DNA from: a virus
Taxonomy: Duplodnaviria > Caudoviricetes
Strand: one strand, 5' to 3'
IMG/VR virus record: IMGVR_UViG_3300010052_000222
Coordinates: 1 to 44,993 of that record
Length of the DNA stretch: 44,993 bases
Shown: in pieces, positions 1 to 8,705 of the stretch
Layout: each line of letters starts with the position of its first letter
Position numbering within the stretch: position 1 is the stretch's first letter
Translations under genes and position numbers: made by a program
Notes under the pieces: model-generated
Database searches by the model: none
Told to the model about the DNA's origin: nothing
The model's input: the letters and a program-made list of their open reading frames with translations, nothing else

Positions 1-234
1 TCAATCCTTTGACCATTGCTCAAGCCTCCGTCTCGCGACCTCGGGCGGGAGAGCGCCGATGTCGTTCTGGATTTCATCTTTGATGTCGCGGGCTTCCGCT
101 TCACGCGCGGCCTGCTTGGCACGTTCGGCCTTGGCGCCGGCGCGGCGTTGCTGGATGACAAGCATCAGACCGCCGGCTGCCGCCATCAGATACGGCCAGG
201 CCCAGCCGATGAACGCCGTGACGAGCGCGCTCAT
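1..234 (-). CDS. Lysis-cassette membrane protein, possible i-spanin (Rz-like)
   Basis: Start MSALVTAFIGWAWPYL overlaps the upstream stop (ATGA). N-terminal TM helix followed by a coiled coil; downstream of endolysin and holin. Confidence 0.6.
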   Translation of the reverse strand: MSALVTAFIGWAWPYLMAAAGGLMLVIQQRRAGAKAERAKQAAREAEARDIKDEIQNDIGALPPEVARRRLEQWSKD

Positions 235-431
235 TTCGCCCACCCGAAGCGCTTCGCCATCCAATACCAACCTTCGGCAGCAATCGGCGCGATGAAGCCG
301 GCAGCGAGGCTGATCCACTGGGCGATTTCAGGATCGGCGATCAGGTCGGAAGCCTCGTTCTGATTGATCAGGCCGAAGTAGAGCAACGGGAACGTCGCGT
401 AGCGCAGGAAGATGCGGATGATCGGTGCCAT
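231..431 (-). CDS. Putative holin (66 aa, two hydrophobic segments)
   Basis: MAPIIRIFLRYATFPLLYFG...WYWMAKRFGWAK; TGATG coupling to the upstream gene; basic C-terminus; lysis-cassette position. Confidence 0.65.
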   Translation of the reverse strand: MAPIIRIFLRYATFPLLYFGLINQNEASDLIADPEIAQWISLAAGFIAPIAAEGWYWMAKRFGWAK

Positions 432-775
432 CACAGGCCTCCCGCCATTTGTCCCGCCAAGGCATCCCATTCGCCCGCAGAGAGGCGAACGGTGATCGTT
501 TCGCCCGGGTGAATCTGGGTGCACGGCGCGGGGTGATCGACCATTGGCCCGTTCTGCGGAGCGCGATTGCAGTAGTTGTTGCATCGGTCATCGCCGGGAG
601 TGCAGCGCCCCGGATTGCCCTTGTCCGCTGCATATCCGCAGACATACGCGCCATCGCGAACGTTGGGATCACCGCGTGCTGTGACGACGACAGAGCCGTC
701 ATCCTCTCGGCTCACGTTCACATAGCCCGGGTAGACAGGCGCCAATGTCGTATGGGCTGCAATGACCTGTTTCAT
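431..775 (-). CDS. Cys-containing hypothetical protein inside the lysis cassette
   Basis: 114 aa, translationally coupled at both ends (ATGA and TGATG), 5 Cys. Confidence 0.75.
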   Translation of the reverse strand: MKQVIAAHTTLAPVYPGYVNVSREDDGSVVVTARGDPNVRDGAYVCGYAADKGNPGRCTPGDDRCNNYCNRAPQNGPMVDHPAPCTQIHPGETITVRLSAGEWDALAGQMAGGL

Positions 776-1470
776 TTCTGGCCTCCTTTCACGAGGGCTT
801 TGAGCATGGCGACGACAGCGGCCCAGAAGCCGCGGGCGGGCGCAGGAGCCGGCTTGCGCGGCGGCGGGACCGGAACAGGCTTCGGTGCCGGTGAAGGTGC
901 TGGCGGGGCGACTGGCGGCACAGGCGAAGGCTTGGGAGCCTGACCGAGATAGCCAGCAGCGCGCAGCGCCGTTTCAAATGCCTTCGCGTAGCCCGCGATA
1001 TCGTCAGCGCGGTCCATGCCGTTCACGATCCGGCGCGCGTTGCGATAGTCCGTCTTCGTCTCATTGATATGATCAGCAAGCTTGTGCTTGGTGAACATGC
1101 CATTCGTCATGCCGTCGAAGATGGCGCGCAGAGCAATTGGCCAAGTCATCATCTGGCCGGGGGCTGTCGCACCGAACTTGCGGTGGTTCTCCTCCCACGT
1201 GACCTGGACCAGCCCCTCACCCACCCAAGGATAGTATTTCTTGGAGCGGAGATACTTCTCACCGCCCATCTCTCGGACGGGCTGCATCGTGTGCGCAGTC
1301 TCGTGGTATGCGGTGGCGAGGATGTAGGCGAGATGCCGGAGTGGTGTGCCGCGCCGCTGCGCCTCGTCAACAATGCGTTCAGTGCCTCCGACCTGGCCCT
1401 GAGAAATTGATGTGCCGAATACGCCGGAGCCGCGCGAACGCAGCGCCGCGAAGAACTTCGCGCGGTTCAT
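772..1470 (-). CDS. Endolysin, GH19 (chitinase-like) family, with Pro-rich linker and C-terminal amphipathic helix
   Basis: LAYILATAYHET, GEGLVQVTWEEN and ARRIVNGMDRA motifs; GAGG RBS. Confidence 0.9.
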   Translation of the reverse strand: MNRAKFFAALRSRGSGVFGTSISQGQVGGTERIVDEAQRRGTPLRHLAYILATAYHETAHTMQPVREMGGEKYLRSKKYYPWVGEGLVQVTWEENHRKFGATAPGQMMTWPIALRAIFDGMTNGMFTKHKLADHINETKTDYRNARRIVNGMDRADDIAGYAKAFETALRAAGYLGQAPKPSPVPPVAPPAPSPAPKPVPVPPPRKPAPAPARGFWAAVVAMLKALVKGGQK

Positions 1471-1552
1471 GTTGTTACCTCATTGTGGATTGGGTATAGG
1501 GAGCCGCCCCGCTGGGTGCGGGTTTGGCAGGCCAGTTCAAGCCTTGGTTAGA

Positions 1553-1717
1553 TCACGCGGCGACGGTGCGTCGGTCGGCCAGCAGGAGCCGCTTCAGGCG
1601 CCTGTCCATCGGCTTTTCAATGACGAGATGCACAAGGACGCCCGCCAGAACGCCGCAGGTGACAAGATAGGCTAGCGCAAGATCAGCAACCGGAAGTGTC
1701 TGGAGTGCTGGTATCAG
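1553..1717 (-). pseudogene. Probable C-terminal remnant of an Acyltransferase_3 (OafA-like) gene
   Basis: LAYLVTCGVLAGVLVHLVIEKPMDRRLKRLL matches the last-TM/EKP/basic-tail pattern of the family; no canonical start codon before the TM segment. Confidence 0.5.
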
Positions 1718-2019
1718 TTCATCACGATAGCGTCGCCGGCCCGGCGTTGCCCGCCAGCATTGGCGCGGATTTGTGCGAACAACTTCTCTACGGTGGCGGC
1801 GCCGTCTCCACCTTGGGCATAGATGGCCGTGAGAAAGCCGACGACCTGGCCGCCAGGTCCAGCCAACTCCCACTCGCAGTTGATGATTGTGTTTCCATCG
1901 AGTTGAACCGGCAGCACGCCGGAATAGACGAATGTGCATCTTTCGAATGTGCACCCAACAAATGTTGCGCCGTCGAGCGAGACGCGGATGTCATGATATT
2001 TCTTGCCATGAGCGATCAT
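1714..2019 (-). CDS. Moron-like hypothetical protein with a short beta-solenoid-like motif
   Basis: AGGAGG RBS; LDGATFVGCTFERCTFVYSG periodic pattern. Confidence 0.8.
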   Translation of the reverse strand: MIAHGKKYHDIRVSLDGATFVGCTFERCTFVYSGVLPVQLDGNTIINCEWELAGPGGQVVGFLTAIYAQGGDGAATVEKLFAQIRANAGGQRRAGDAIVMN

Positions 2020-2071
2020 GTTGTATCCTCCTGATTTGCTGATATGTTGCCGCTATCAGCGAGATTTTACA

Positions 2072-2377
2072 ATGGACATGACCTCACCCGAATATTTGGA
2101 GCGCGCCCAAGAACAGATGCTCATGTATCGAGACGCGGACCTGACCGTGCCTCTTTTGGTGGTCGTTGCGGCGGTAGCCGCGTTGCATTTGCTGCTACGC
2201 CACTTCAATCGACCTGAGGAATGGTCGGAGTATTTCGTCATTCTCCAGAAAGGGCTCCCGGACGGGTCGCGGACGTGGGGGAACCTCATGGCCCGGTGTG
2301 TCAACGGGAAGTGGGAATACCGCCGTAGGTCAGAAGCCGAAGAGCAAGCTCATTTCGACTTCTGGCAGGGGTGGTGA
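2072..2377 (+). CDS. Single-TM hypothetical protein oriented against the late operon
   Basis: Hydrophobic VPLLVVVAAVAALHLLL segment; stop abuts the tailspike stop exactly (2377/2378); start uncertain. Confidence 0.6.
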   Translation: MDMTSPEYLERAQEQMLMYRDADLTVPLLVVVAAVAALHLLLRHFNRPEEWSEYFVILQKGLPDGSRTWGNLMARCVNGKWEYRRRSEAEEQAHFDFWQGW

Positions 2378-4261
2378 TCAGATCAAACTCCACGGCGTGT
2401 CGATCTGCACGAACGCCTGAGTAGGCGATCCCAACCGGTTCTGAATGTAGAACTTGTTGTTGAACCCGATCGAGATTGTAACCACGCCGTCTGTCGCTGA
2501 CGTTCCGGTCAATATGCCGGTTGTCGCAGCAAAGAAGCTCCCTGACGTGCCGGAACGCAATATCGCCAGGGCAGGTGTGTAGTTCGGGCCAGTGGTCCAG
2601 AAGAACTCGACCCAGAAGCCGGCGGTTGGCAGATTGATCCGGCCTATGCCCGAAGACTGGCGGGGCAGATCGATGAATTTGGCCGTGTCGTCAAGCAAGA
2701 ACACGCCCTCGCTCTGCGTTCCACCCTTCGTATAGCCGGGGATTCGCGTCTTGTGGCGGCCGTATGATCGAGCCTGATGAGCCAGCTTGCCAGCAGCGTC
2801 ATACCCGGCACCGGTCATGTGGATCTTCGGGTCAGCCCAATATGACGTATCGAGATCACCGGTGTGGACGTAGGTGTAAAGGTGGGCGTGCGACTCGCAA
2901 AGCCGCATAAGCTGTCTGTTCAGTCCGTCATGCCCGACTGCCGCGTATATCGATTCCGGGGCGACGCCCATGATGGTCCATGGCGTCAACGGTGTAATAA
3001 GCCCGTCCGAGATCATCTGCGCGCGCAGGCTATCATGGTCCACGATATACTCATCGTAACCAAACCCGGCATCGACATCGCTCTCGCCCTGCCACCACCA
3101 TACCTCGTCGGGCTGCTTGCCGAGTTCGGAAATCGCATCAAGCAAAGTCGGCTTCAGATAGGTCTCATACATGTCGGGCGTGATCTTGATGCGGATATTG
3201 TCCTCATCAGCGATCGTGCCGGCGCTCGAATGATAGGTCACCTGAGCGTTGTAGTAGAACCCCCCGCCCGGCGGCGAGAACGTGTGACTGACGACTGTGT
3301 ATTGAACGAACGTGGCGGGGTCGTTCCGCTTTTCGATACGGATTGTCTTGCCAGCATTTGCCGTCCCAAGCGGGCCGATCTTCCGCACGCCGGTCGATGA
3401 GAACACGCCGCAGTAGAGTTCGGTCGCCAGTGTAGGATTGGCATTGTTGACCCGCAAAAAGCCATCGCCTGGGTCGGATTCGGTCGGGTCCGTGTCGAAT
3501 TTGAAGTTCTTCAGCCCGTTGTTCCAATGGCCGATGTCCAACCCGCCGACTGCAGCGCAAGCGGCGAACACGTCCATATCGGGACGCTCAAATGCTTTCT
3601 GCGCTGCGAACGACCCCCATGCGCTTTGAGTGGTCCCCGCCGCCGCAGTGAAAGCTGTCTGTTCATTGTTGCGAAGATAGAGGTTCGGCGGGGGTGTCCA
3701 ATCATATGCCGCGCTGGCGCCATTGGATTGAGCGGAAGCAGCGAGGAACCAGCGCGGGGCAGTGGACTCAAAATAGGCCCCGCCGATCGTGATGTAAGCG
3801 GGATGCGCGGGCTGAGAAACAACCCGCTTATAGACGCGCCCCAGGCCATCGCCGTCAGTCGTGCGAGACAGGGTTTGCACAAGCATGATTGATGCGCTGA
3901 TCGACGCTGCTGTCGCCTCTGCAACGTTCCGGAACTGGAGACGCGGCAGATTGGCAAGATTTTCCAGATGCGGATAATCCCGGTCCAGCACATACTTGAC
4001 CGTCTTCCGACCGCCGCCACCGCCGTTTGGAATGATGCGCGGCAAATTGTCGATCAACCGGTCAACGGTGTCTTCCAGCTTCTCAACCTTGGTGCCGAGT
4101 TCCTGCCCAAGGATTTCCTTCGTCCGCTCTTTCTGTGCCTCCGCCTGCACGGCTGCATTGCGAACACGCTGTTCAGCGGCGCGCGCCTTCAGCAGCCGAT
4201 CGCCTTCAACCCGCGCGGGAGGAGGCGTCCACTTGGTGCGGACGGGGATGTTTTGAGCCAT
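2378..4261 (-). CDS. Tailspike/receptor-binding protein with SGNH (SASA-like) O-acetylesterase domain
   Basis: AQSNG nucleophile block, WWWQGESD block III and DPKIH catalytic DxxH; N-terminal coiled coil and Gly linker; GGAG RBS before ATG 4261; last structural gene before lysis. Confidence 0.8.
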   Translation of the reverse strand: MAQNIPVRTKWTPPPARVEGDRLLKARAAEQRVRNAAVQAEAQKERTKEILGQELGTKVEKLEDTVDRLIDNLPRIIPNGGGGGRKTVKYVLDRDYPHLENLANLPRLQFRNVAEATAASISASIMLVQTLSRTTDGDGLGRVYKRVVSQPAHPAYITIGGAYFESTAPRWFLAASAQSNGASAAYDWTPPPNLYLRNNEQTAFTAAAGTTQSAWGSFAAQKAFERPDMDVFAACAAVGGLDIGHWNNGLKNFKFDTDPTESDPGDGFLRVNNANPTLATELYCGVFSSTGVRKIGPLGTANAGKTIRIEKRNDPATFVQYTVVSHTFSPPGGGFYYNAQVTYHSSAGTIADEDNIRIKITPDMYETYLKPTLLDAISELGKQPDEVWWWQGESDVDAGFGYDEYIVDHDSLRAQMISDGLITPLTPWTIMGVAPESIYAAVGHDGLNRQLMRLCESHAHLYTYVHTGDLDTSYWADPKIHMTGAGYDAAGKLAHQARSYGRHKTRIPGYTKGGTQSEGVFLLDDTAKFIDLPRQSSGIGRINLPTAGFWVEFFWTTGPNYTPALAILRSGTSGSFFAATTGILTGTSATDGVVTISIGFNNKFYIQNRLGSPTQAFVQIDTPWSLI

Positions 4262-4276
4262 GGAAGTCTCCAAACG

Positions 4277-4303
4277 AAAAAGGCCCCGCGTGAGCGAGGC
4301 TTT
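4277..4303 (-). terminator. Rho-independent terminator just upstream of the tailspike gene
   Basis: Minus strand AAAGCCTCGC-TCAC-GCGGGGCCTTTTT, a hairpin with a U-tract. Confidence 0.75.
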
Positions 4304-4329
4304 GACGAGTTCAGCAATGTCAGTTCAGA

Positions 4330-4557
4330 TCAGTCGCAGACTGTCGGGTTTGAGCGCCCGTCCCAATCGGTGTAGCAATCGCCACCAGAACTCATGGACT
4401 TCGGCGCTGCCACATAAAGGAATGCGCATATCGTGAAGACCAAACCAGTCTTCCACGCCATGCTCCAATCCCGATCCTTCGCCGCATAGATCGTCGCGCC
4501 TCCAGAAAGGAAACCGACAGGCAATGCGAGAATAGCGAGCAGGGAGAGGATCGTCAG
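4330..4557 (-). CDS. Small two-TM membrane protein with C-terminal CYTDWDGRSNPTVCD motif
   Basis: The frame is hydrophobic from a CTG overlapping the upstream stop (4557); alternative start TTG at 4524. Confidence 0.6.
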   Translation of the reverse strand: MTILSLLAILALPVGFLSGGATIYAAKDRDWSMAWKTGLVFTICAFLYVAAPKSMSSGGDCYTDWDGRSNPTVCD

Positions 4558-7500
4558 TTCCTTCGCGTATCGGGGAGGCCAAGAGTGTCGCCTGTGGCCT
4601 CTTCCACCTTATCAAACAGGCTGCGAATGTAGAAGAGGTTCTGTCCGGGTATCAACTGCCGTGCCTTGCGCATATCCGATTTGGTCGTGTCACCTGCGAA
4701 GATCGAGCCGGACACCTGGAAGATATCAGACACCGCGTCGGCTGTCGGGCCTAGAAACGCCCCTGTGACGTTGCGCGATGCGTAGCGGCTGACTTGTTCG
4801 CCGGAGAGCGCCGACAGGCCTACACGGCCCCGAGTGGCCTTTTCACTGATGTTGTTGGCCTCCATGAGCCACCCAGTCAGGCCGGAGCGATCGAGTGCAT
4901 TCACGGCCCACACTCTCGGATCGTCAGACACTTCTCTGCCAGCCGCCATTTCCTTCACGGCATAGGTCATAGCGCCCAGCCCAAGCATCAGCAGCGTTCC
5001 GTTCAATGTTGCAGCGTCACGCTGCTGCAAGCCGGCAAGCATGGTCTTCTGCATCGAAGAGACGGAGAAGCTCTTGAACTGCCCAACCATCTTGCCAAGC
5101 TCGGTAGACATCCACAGCGGCTTGTCCTGGCCAGGCGTCACGATAATGCGGTCCACGTCGCGAACGACGGCGGCGCGGATGGCATCCATGGCCGAGCGGT
5201 CGGTCCACTTGCCAGACTGCGCCAGCCACACCCCATCGGTGACTTCACCATGTGCTTCGAACTGGCGCGTGATCGCGCGGGCCAAATCAAGATCAATGCC
5301 CGACGACGCAAGACGCCTAATCTCGCTTTCCGATGCGAGGCCCTTTGCTAAACGCTGGGATGAGCGCAGAACATTGGTCATAGTGACCAGACCGGCAAAC
5401 TGCTTCAGCACCGCGTTCCATGGCGCCATCAGCGACACCACGCCGAACTTGGAAGAGAGCGCCGACAGCCCCCGTTCGAACTTGGAGTGACGGCCAAAGT
5501 CGTCGGTGATGTCGGCCATTGCCATCGTGCGGCTGTCGAGGTTCATGTCCAGCGCCGTGCCGGCCATCTTCACCTCGCCCGCACCCGCACGGAAGGCCTT
5601 GAAGTTCCGGACCATCGGCACGAAGCCATCGCGAAACGTGCTGGTCAGGCCATGGGTAAACACGACCTTGGCCATATCCGGAAGGGCTGAGAGCGTCATG
5701 CCGCCCAGAAGGCGCACATAGTTCAAGTTGCGCGCGATGCGCCCAGCACGAAGCACAAGAGATGCTGGGTTGGACGGCAAGGCATACGTCCCTCGCAACC
5801 GATCGCGGATGCCCTCGATATCCCGCACGTCGCTTTCGCGCTGCTTCTGGATGGCCTTGCGTTCCTTGTCGGTCTTGGCCCCCGCGACCTTGGCGTTCGC
5901 CTCGTCGTTGATCTTGCGGATTTCTTCCGCCATATCGACTGAACCGAACTTGCGCGCGATCTCAACGTCCGGCGCCATCGTGCGGACCTGTGCGCGCATG
6001 ACGCTTTCGATGTCCAGTTCCATGAAATCCGCGATCTTCTCCGACGCGATGTTGAGTGTGCGTTCTTTCAACGCGCCACGCGGGCCAGCGACAATATCAT
6101 AGGGAATGCGGCCCTCTGCATTGCCGAGGATGGTGTCTGTGATTTCATCCGCCAGGCTGCGCAGTTCCGCATCGGAGAGATTGGCGAATTCATCAGCCTT
6201 CTCCGCTTGAGACGCGGACTTGACCATCGGCTCCAGTTTGTCAGCCTTCGCACTCAGGCGCGAGATGTCAGCGCCGAGACGCCCCAGATCGACCGACTTC
6301 GCCGCCAGTTCGGCCAGCATGTCGTCATTAGCACGGCCCGCCCGCTTCAGCTCATTGAGCGCATCCACGCGCTTACGCAGGTTGCGTTCCGCCAGTTTGC
6401 CCTTGAACAGATCACGTTTCGTCGTTGCCAGGTCAACAATCAACTTCACCCGTGGCGAGGCATTGGCGAGGTCCGCAAGCGGAGCAATGTCTTCATCGAG
6501 CCGATTCACTTCGTGAGCAATGGTGGCGGCTTCCTGAGCCGAAATCTCTTTCTCATTCCGCAGCGCATCGGTCGCCTTGTCGAAATCTTCAGTCTCACGT
6601 TCCAGGCGGCTGATACGCGCATCCAGTCCATCCAGATCGGCTTCCGCGCCGACCACGCGCCGGATGTAATCGCGCACATCCTTCACCGCGGCATTCGGTC
6701 CAAGCCCGACACTCTCCAGCCAGTCTTCCGCAACACGTTCGAGGTTTTCCGCTGCTTCGATAGCCGCCATCTCATCAGCCGTGCGCAGCGGGTTGCCGCC
6801 GATCTCGCGGCGGATGGCGTCCATTGCCGCCCGCACATCGACATAGCCGTTGCCATCTTCTGGCAGGTTGGCGAAAATGTCATCTTCCGACTTCACGAAA
6901 TTATCGACATCGCCGATTCCGCCTTTCTTGCGGAACAGCCCGGGATGCGTCTTTGGCGTGACGCCCATAGCGCGCAGGTTGCCGTCCAGAACAGAACCTA
7001 CGCGGACACCACCCTTTTGCTTGATTGTCGCCAGAACCGGATAGCGCTGGGAATAAGATTGCTTCGCCGCCTGAGAGCGTGCAGCCGCGCGAGCCTCTTT
7101 CACCACGCCAACCATCGACGCGGTTTCATCCGCCCCGCGCAGAGCCTTCACCACGCCTGCCGGCGCGCGCTCCCGCATCACATCAAACCGGGTCGCGCGC
7201 AATTGATCGAGTTCCGACAGCCGACGCGACCGAATGCCCTGGCGTCCTGCCAGTCGGGACTCGAGGCTGTCGAGCCTCGCAAATGCCTGATCAAAGCGCC
7301 CGCGAACCTTGTCGGACTCCACAATCTTGTTGCCGAGACGGATTTCGTCGGACTCCGCCAGCGCGCGCTCCCGACCGGCGATCAGATGATCGACCAAGCG
7401 CGCGGTCCACACATCGCGCTTGGCGATGATCCTCTCGCGATTATACATCCGAAACAGGTGAGACAGGTCGTTCTTGACGGCGATGTCTTCCCGGAAAAGG

Positions 7501-8705
7501 CGTGCTTCGATAGCCGCCTTCTTCAGCGCCTCGTCCCATTGGCGGTAGACCTTCGCAGCCTCTGCTACCTGTGGAATCGCATGCTGTTCACCGGAGAATG
7601 CAGCCCTGCCCACTTCTTCCTTGAATTGCTTGAAGGTGAGCTTCTGTCCGCCCCGCGCCCGCGCCCATTCCGACTTGATCGGGGAAAGGCGAGTCTGCCA
7701 TGCAGTCGGCTCGGCAGCATCGTGGAAATACTTCGCATAGGACGTATCGACCATGCGCAGCGCTTCCGCAGTCGGCGCATTCCACATCTTGACACGTGTC
7801 TCGACCGAGCCGCCGCGTTCCGTCGCGATGCCCCTCGCATTGTCGGCGTATTCCAGCGGCGTTTCCGCCAGCCGGCGCACTGTTTCACGTGTCGCGTTGA
7901 AGTCGGAGAGTTGCGAGCGGATAAGCGGATCCTGGATGTTGACGCCCGGGAGACGCTTGATCAGTGCTTCATCCTTCAAGACCAACGGTCCCACATCGCG
8001 CGCCGCTGCGCCAGCCGACGAACCCGCACCGGTAAAGACCCGATCAGCCTCGTCAAACGCCGCTTCCTGCCCTTCGATCTTACGGGAGAGCGCGGAAGAT
8101 GCCGCAGGCGTCAGATAGCGCCCCGCCAGCGCCCCCAGAGCGCCCCCGAGCAACACAGAGCCGCCGACGTTCAATGCCGTCTCTTCGACCGTTCTGCCTG
8201 TCTGTGTGGCCTGTAGTGCTGCCTCTGAGATACCGGCATCAATCGCAGCAGCGGCACCCACGCGAAGTGCCAGTTGTCCAGCGCCACGTGCAGCACCAAT
8301 GACCGGCCCGCCGATCGGCAGAAGCGTCGGCGCATCGAACACACCAGCCGCCACAGAGCCAATGATGCCCATCATCCCGCCGGCTTCGATGGTCCGGCGG
8401 TCGCGCTCTTCGCGCTCGATCTGGATTTTCTTCGCGTCGGCAGCCTTGCGATTGAAGATGCCCGAGAACTCGTCAACATATGGTGAGAATTTCGGGTCAT
8501 CCTTCACGTAGTCGATCGCGTCAAAGCCGTCTTCGATCTCATACGGATTCGGCTGACCACGAGAGGCAAGCGCGGAGCCGATTGTGTTCTGTGTCCGGAA
8601 CGCCGCGCCGAACACATCGATCATCGACGGATCAACAATAGGCGCGTCATCCGGCGCGATGTTGGTCAGGTTGTCGATCGTGCGGCGCTCGTCAATAAAC
8701 GGCAT
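4554..8705 (-). CDS. Large internal virion (DNA ejection) protein, 1383 aa
   Basis: Size, Ala-rich helical composition, GQFKSF-type C-terminal region, third gene of the post-tail-tube triplet (T7 gp16 position). Confidence 0.85.
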   Translation of the reverse strand: MPFIDERRTIDNLTNIAPDDAPIVDPSMIDVFGAAFRTQNTIGSALASRGQPNPYEIEDGFDAIDYVKDDPKFSPYVDEFSGIFNRKAADAKKIQIEREERDRRTIEAGGMMGIIGSVAAGVFDAPTLLPIGGPVIGAARGAGQLALRVGAAAAIDAGISEAALQATQTGRTVEETALNVGGSVLLGGALGALAGRYLTPAASSALSRKIEGQEAAFDEADRVFTGAGSSAGAAARDVGPLVLKDEALIKRLPGVNIQDPLIRSQLSDFNATRETVRRLAETPLEYADNARGIATERGGSVETRVKMWNAPTAEALRMVDTSYAKYFHDAAEPTAWQTRLSPIKSEWARARGGQKLTFKQFKEEVGRAAFSGEQHAIPQVAEAAKVYRQWDEALKKAAIEARLFREDIAVKNDLSHLFRMYNRERIIAKRDVWTARLVDHLIAGRERALAESDEIRLGNKIVESDKVRGRFDQAFARLDSLESRLAGRQGIRSRRLSELDQLRATRFDVMRERAPAGVVKALRGADETASMVGVVKEARAAARSQAAKQSYSQRYPVLATIKQKGGVRVGSVLDGNLRAMGVTPKTHPGLFRKKGGIGDVDNFVKSEDDIFANLPEDGNGYVDVRAAMDAIRREIGGNPLRTADEMAAIEAAENLERVAEDWLESVGLGPNAAVKDVRDYIRRVVGAEADLDGLDARISRLERETEDFDKATDALRNEKEISAQEAATIAHEVNRLDEDIAPLADLANASPRVKLIVDLATTKRDLFKGKLAERNLRKRVDALNELKRAGRANDDMLAELAAKSVDLGRLGADISRLSAKADKLEPMVKSASQAEKADEFANLSDAELRSLADEITDTILGNAEGRIPYDIVAGPRGALKERTLNIASEKIADFMELDIESVMRAQVRTMAPDVEIARKFGSVDMAEEIRKINDEANAKVAGAKTDKERKAIQKQRESDVRDIEGIRDRLRGTYALPSNPASLVLRAGRIARNLNYVRLLGGMTLSALPDMAKVVFTHGLTSTFRDGFVPMVRNFKAFRAGAGEVKMAGTALDMNLDSRTMAMADITDDFGRHSKFERGLSALSSKFGVVSLMAPWNAVLKQFAGLVTMTNVLRSSQRLAKGLASESEIRRLASSGIDLDLARAITRQFEAHGEVTDGVWLAQSGKWTDRSAMDAIRAAVVRDVDRIIVTPGQDKPLWMSTELGKMVGQFKSFSVSSMQKTMLAGLQQRDAATLNGTLLMLGLGAMTYAVKEMAAGREVSDDPRVWAVNALDRSGLTGWLMEANNISEKATRGRVGLSALSGEQVSRYASRNVTGAFLGPTADAVSDIFQVSGSIFAGDTTKSDMRKARQLIPGQNLFYIRSLFDKVEEATGDTLGLPDTRRN

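Noticed and set aside
1503-1528. GC hairpin upstream of the endolysin
   Set aside because: Short stem and no U-tract on the coding strand; not called a terminator.
1-1700. Second att copy (tRNA-Val 3' duplicate) and o-spanin
   Set aside because: Not found by eye; probably beyond the left edge, so the att core cannot be defined.
2378-4330. Diversity-generating retroelement or invertible tail cassette (suggested by the BPP-1-like head/tail layout)
   Set aside because: No reverse transcriptase, invertase or TR/VR repeat pair seen.
6207-8216. 669-aa plus-strand ORF
   Set aside because: Antisense shadow of the ejection gene; no recognisable motifs; expected in high-GC coding DNA.
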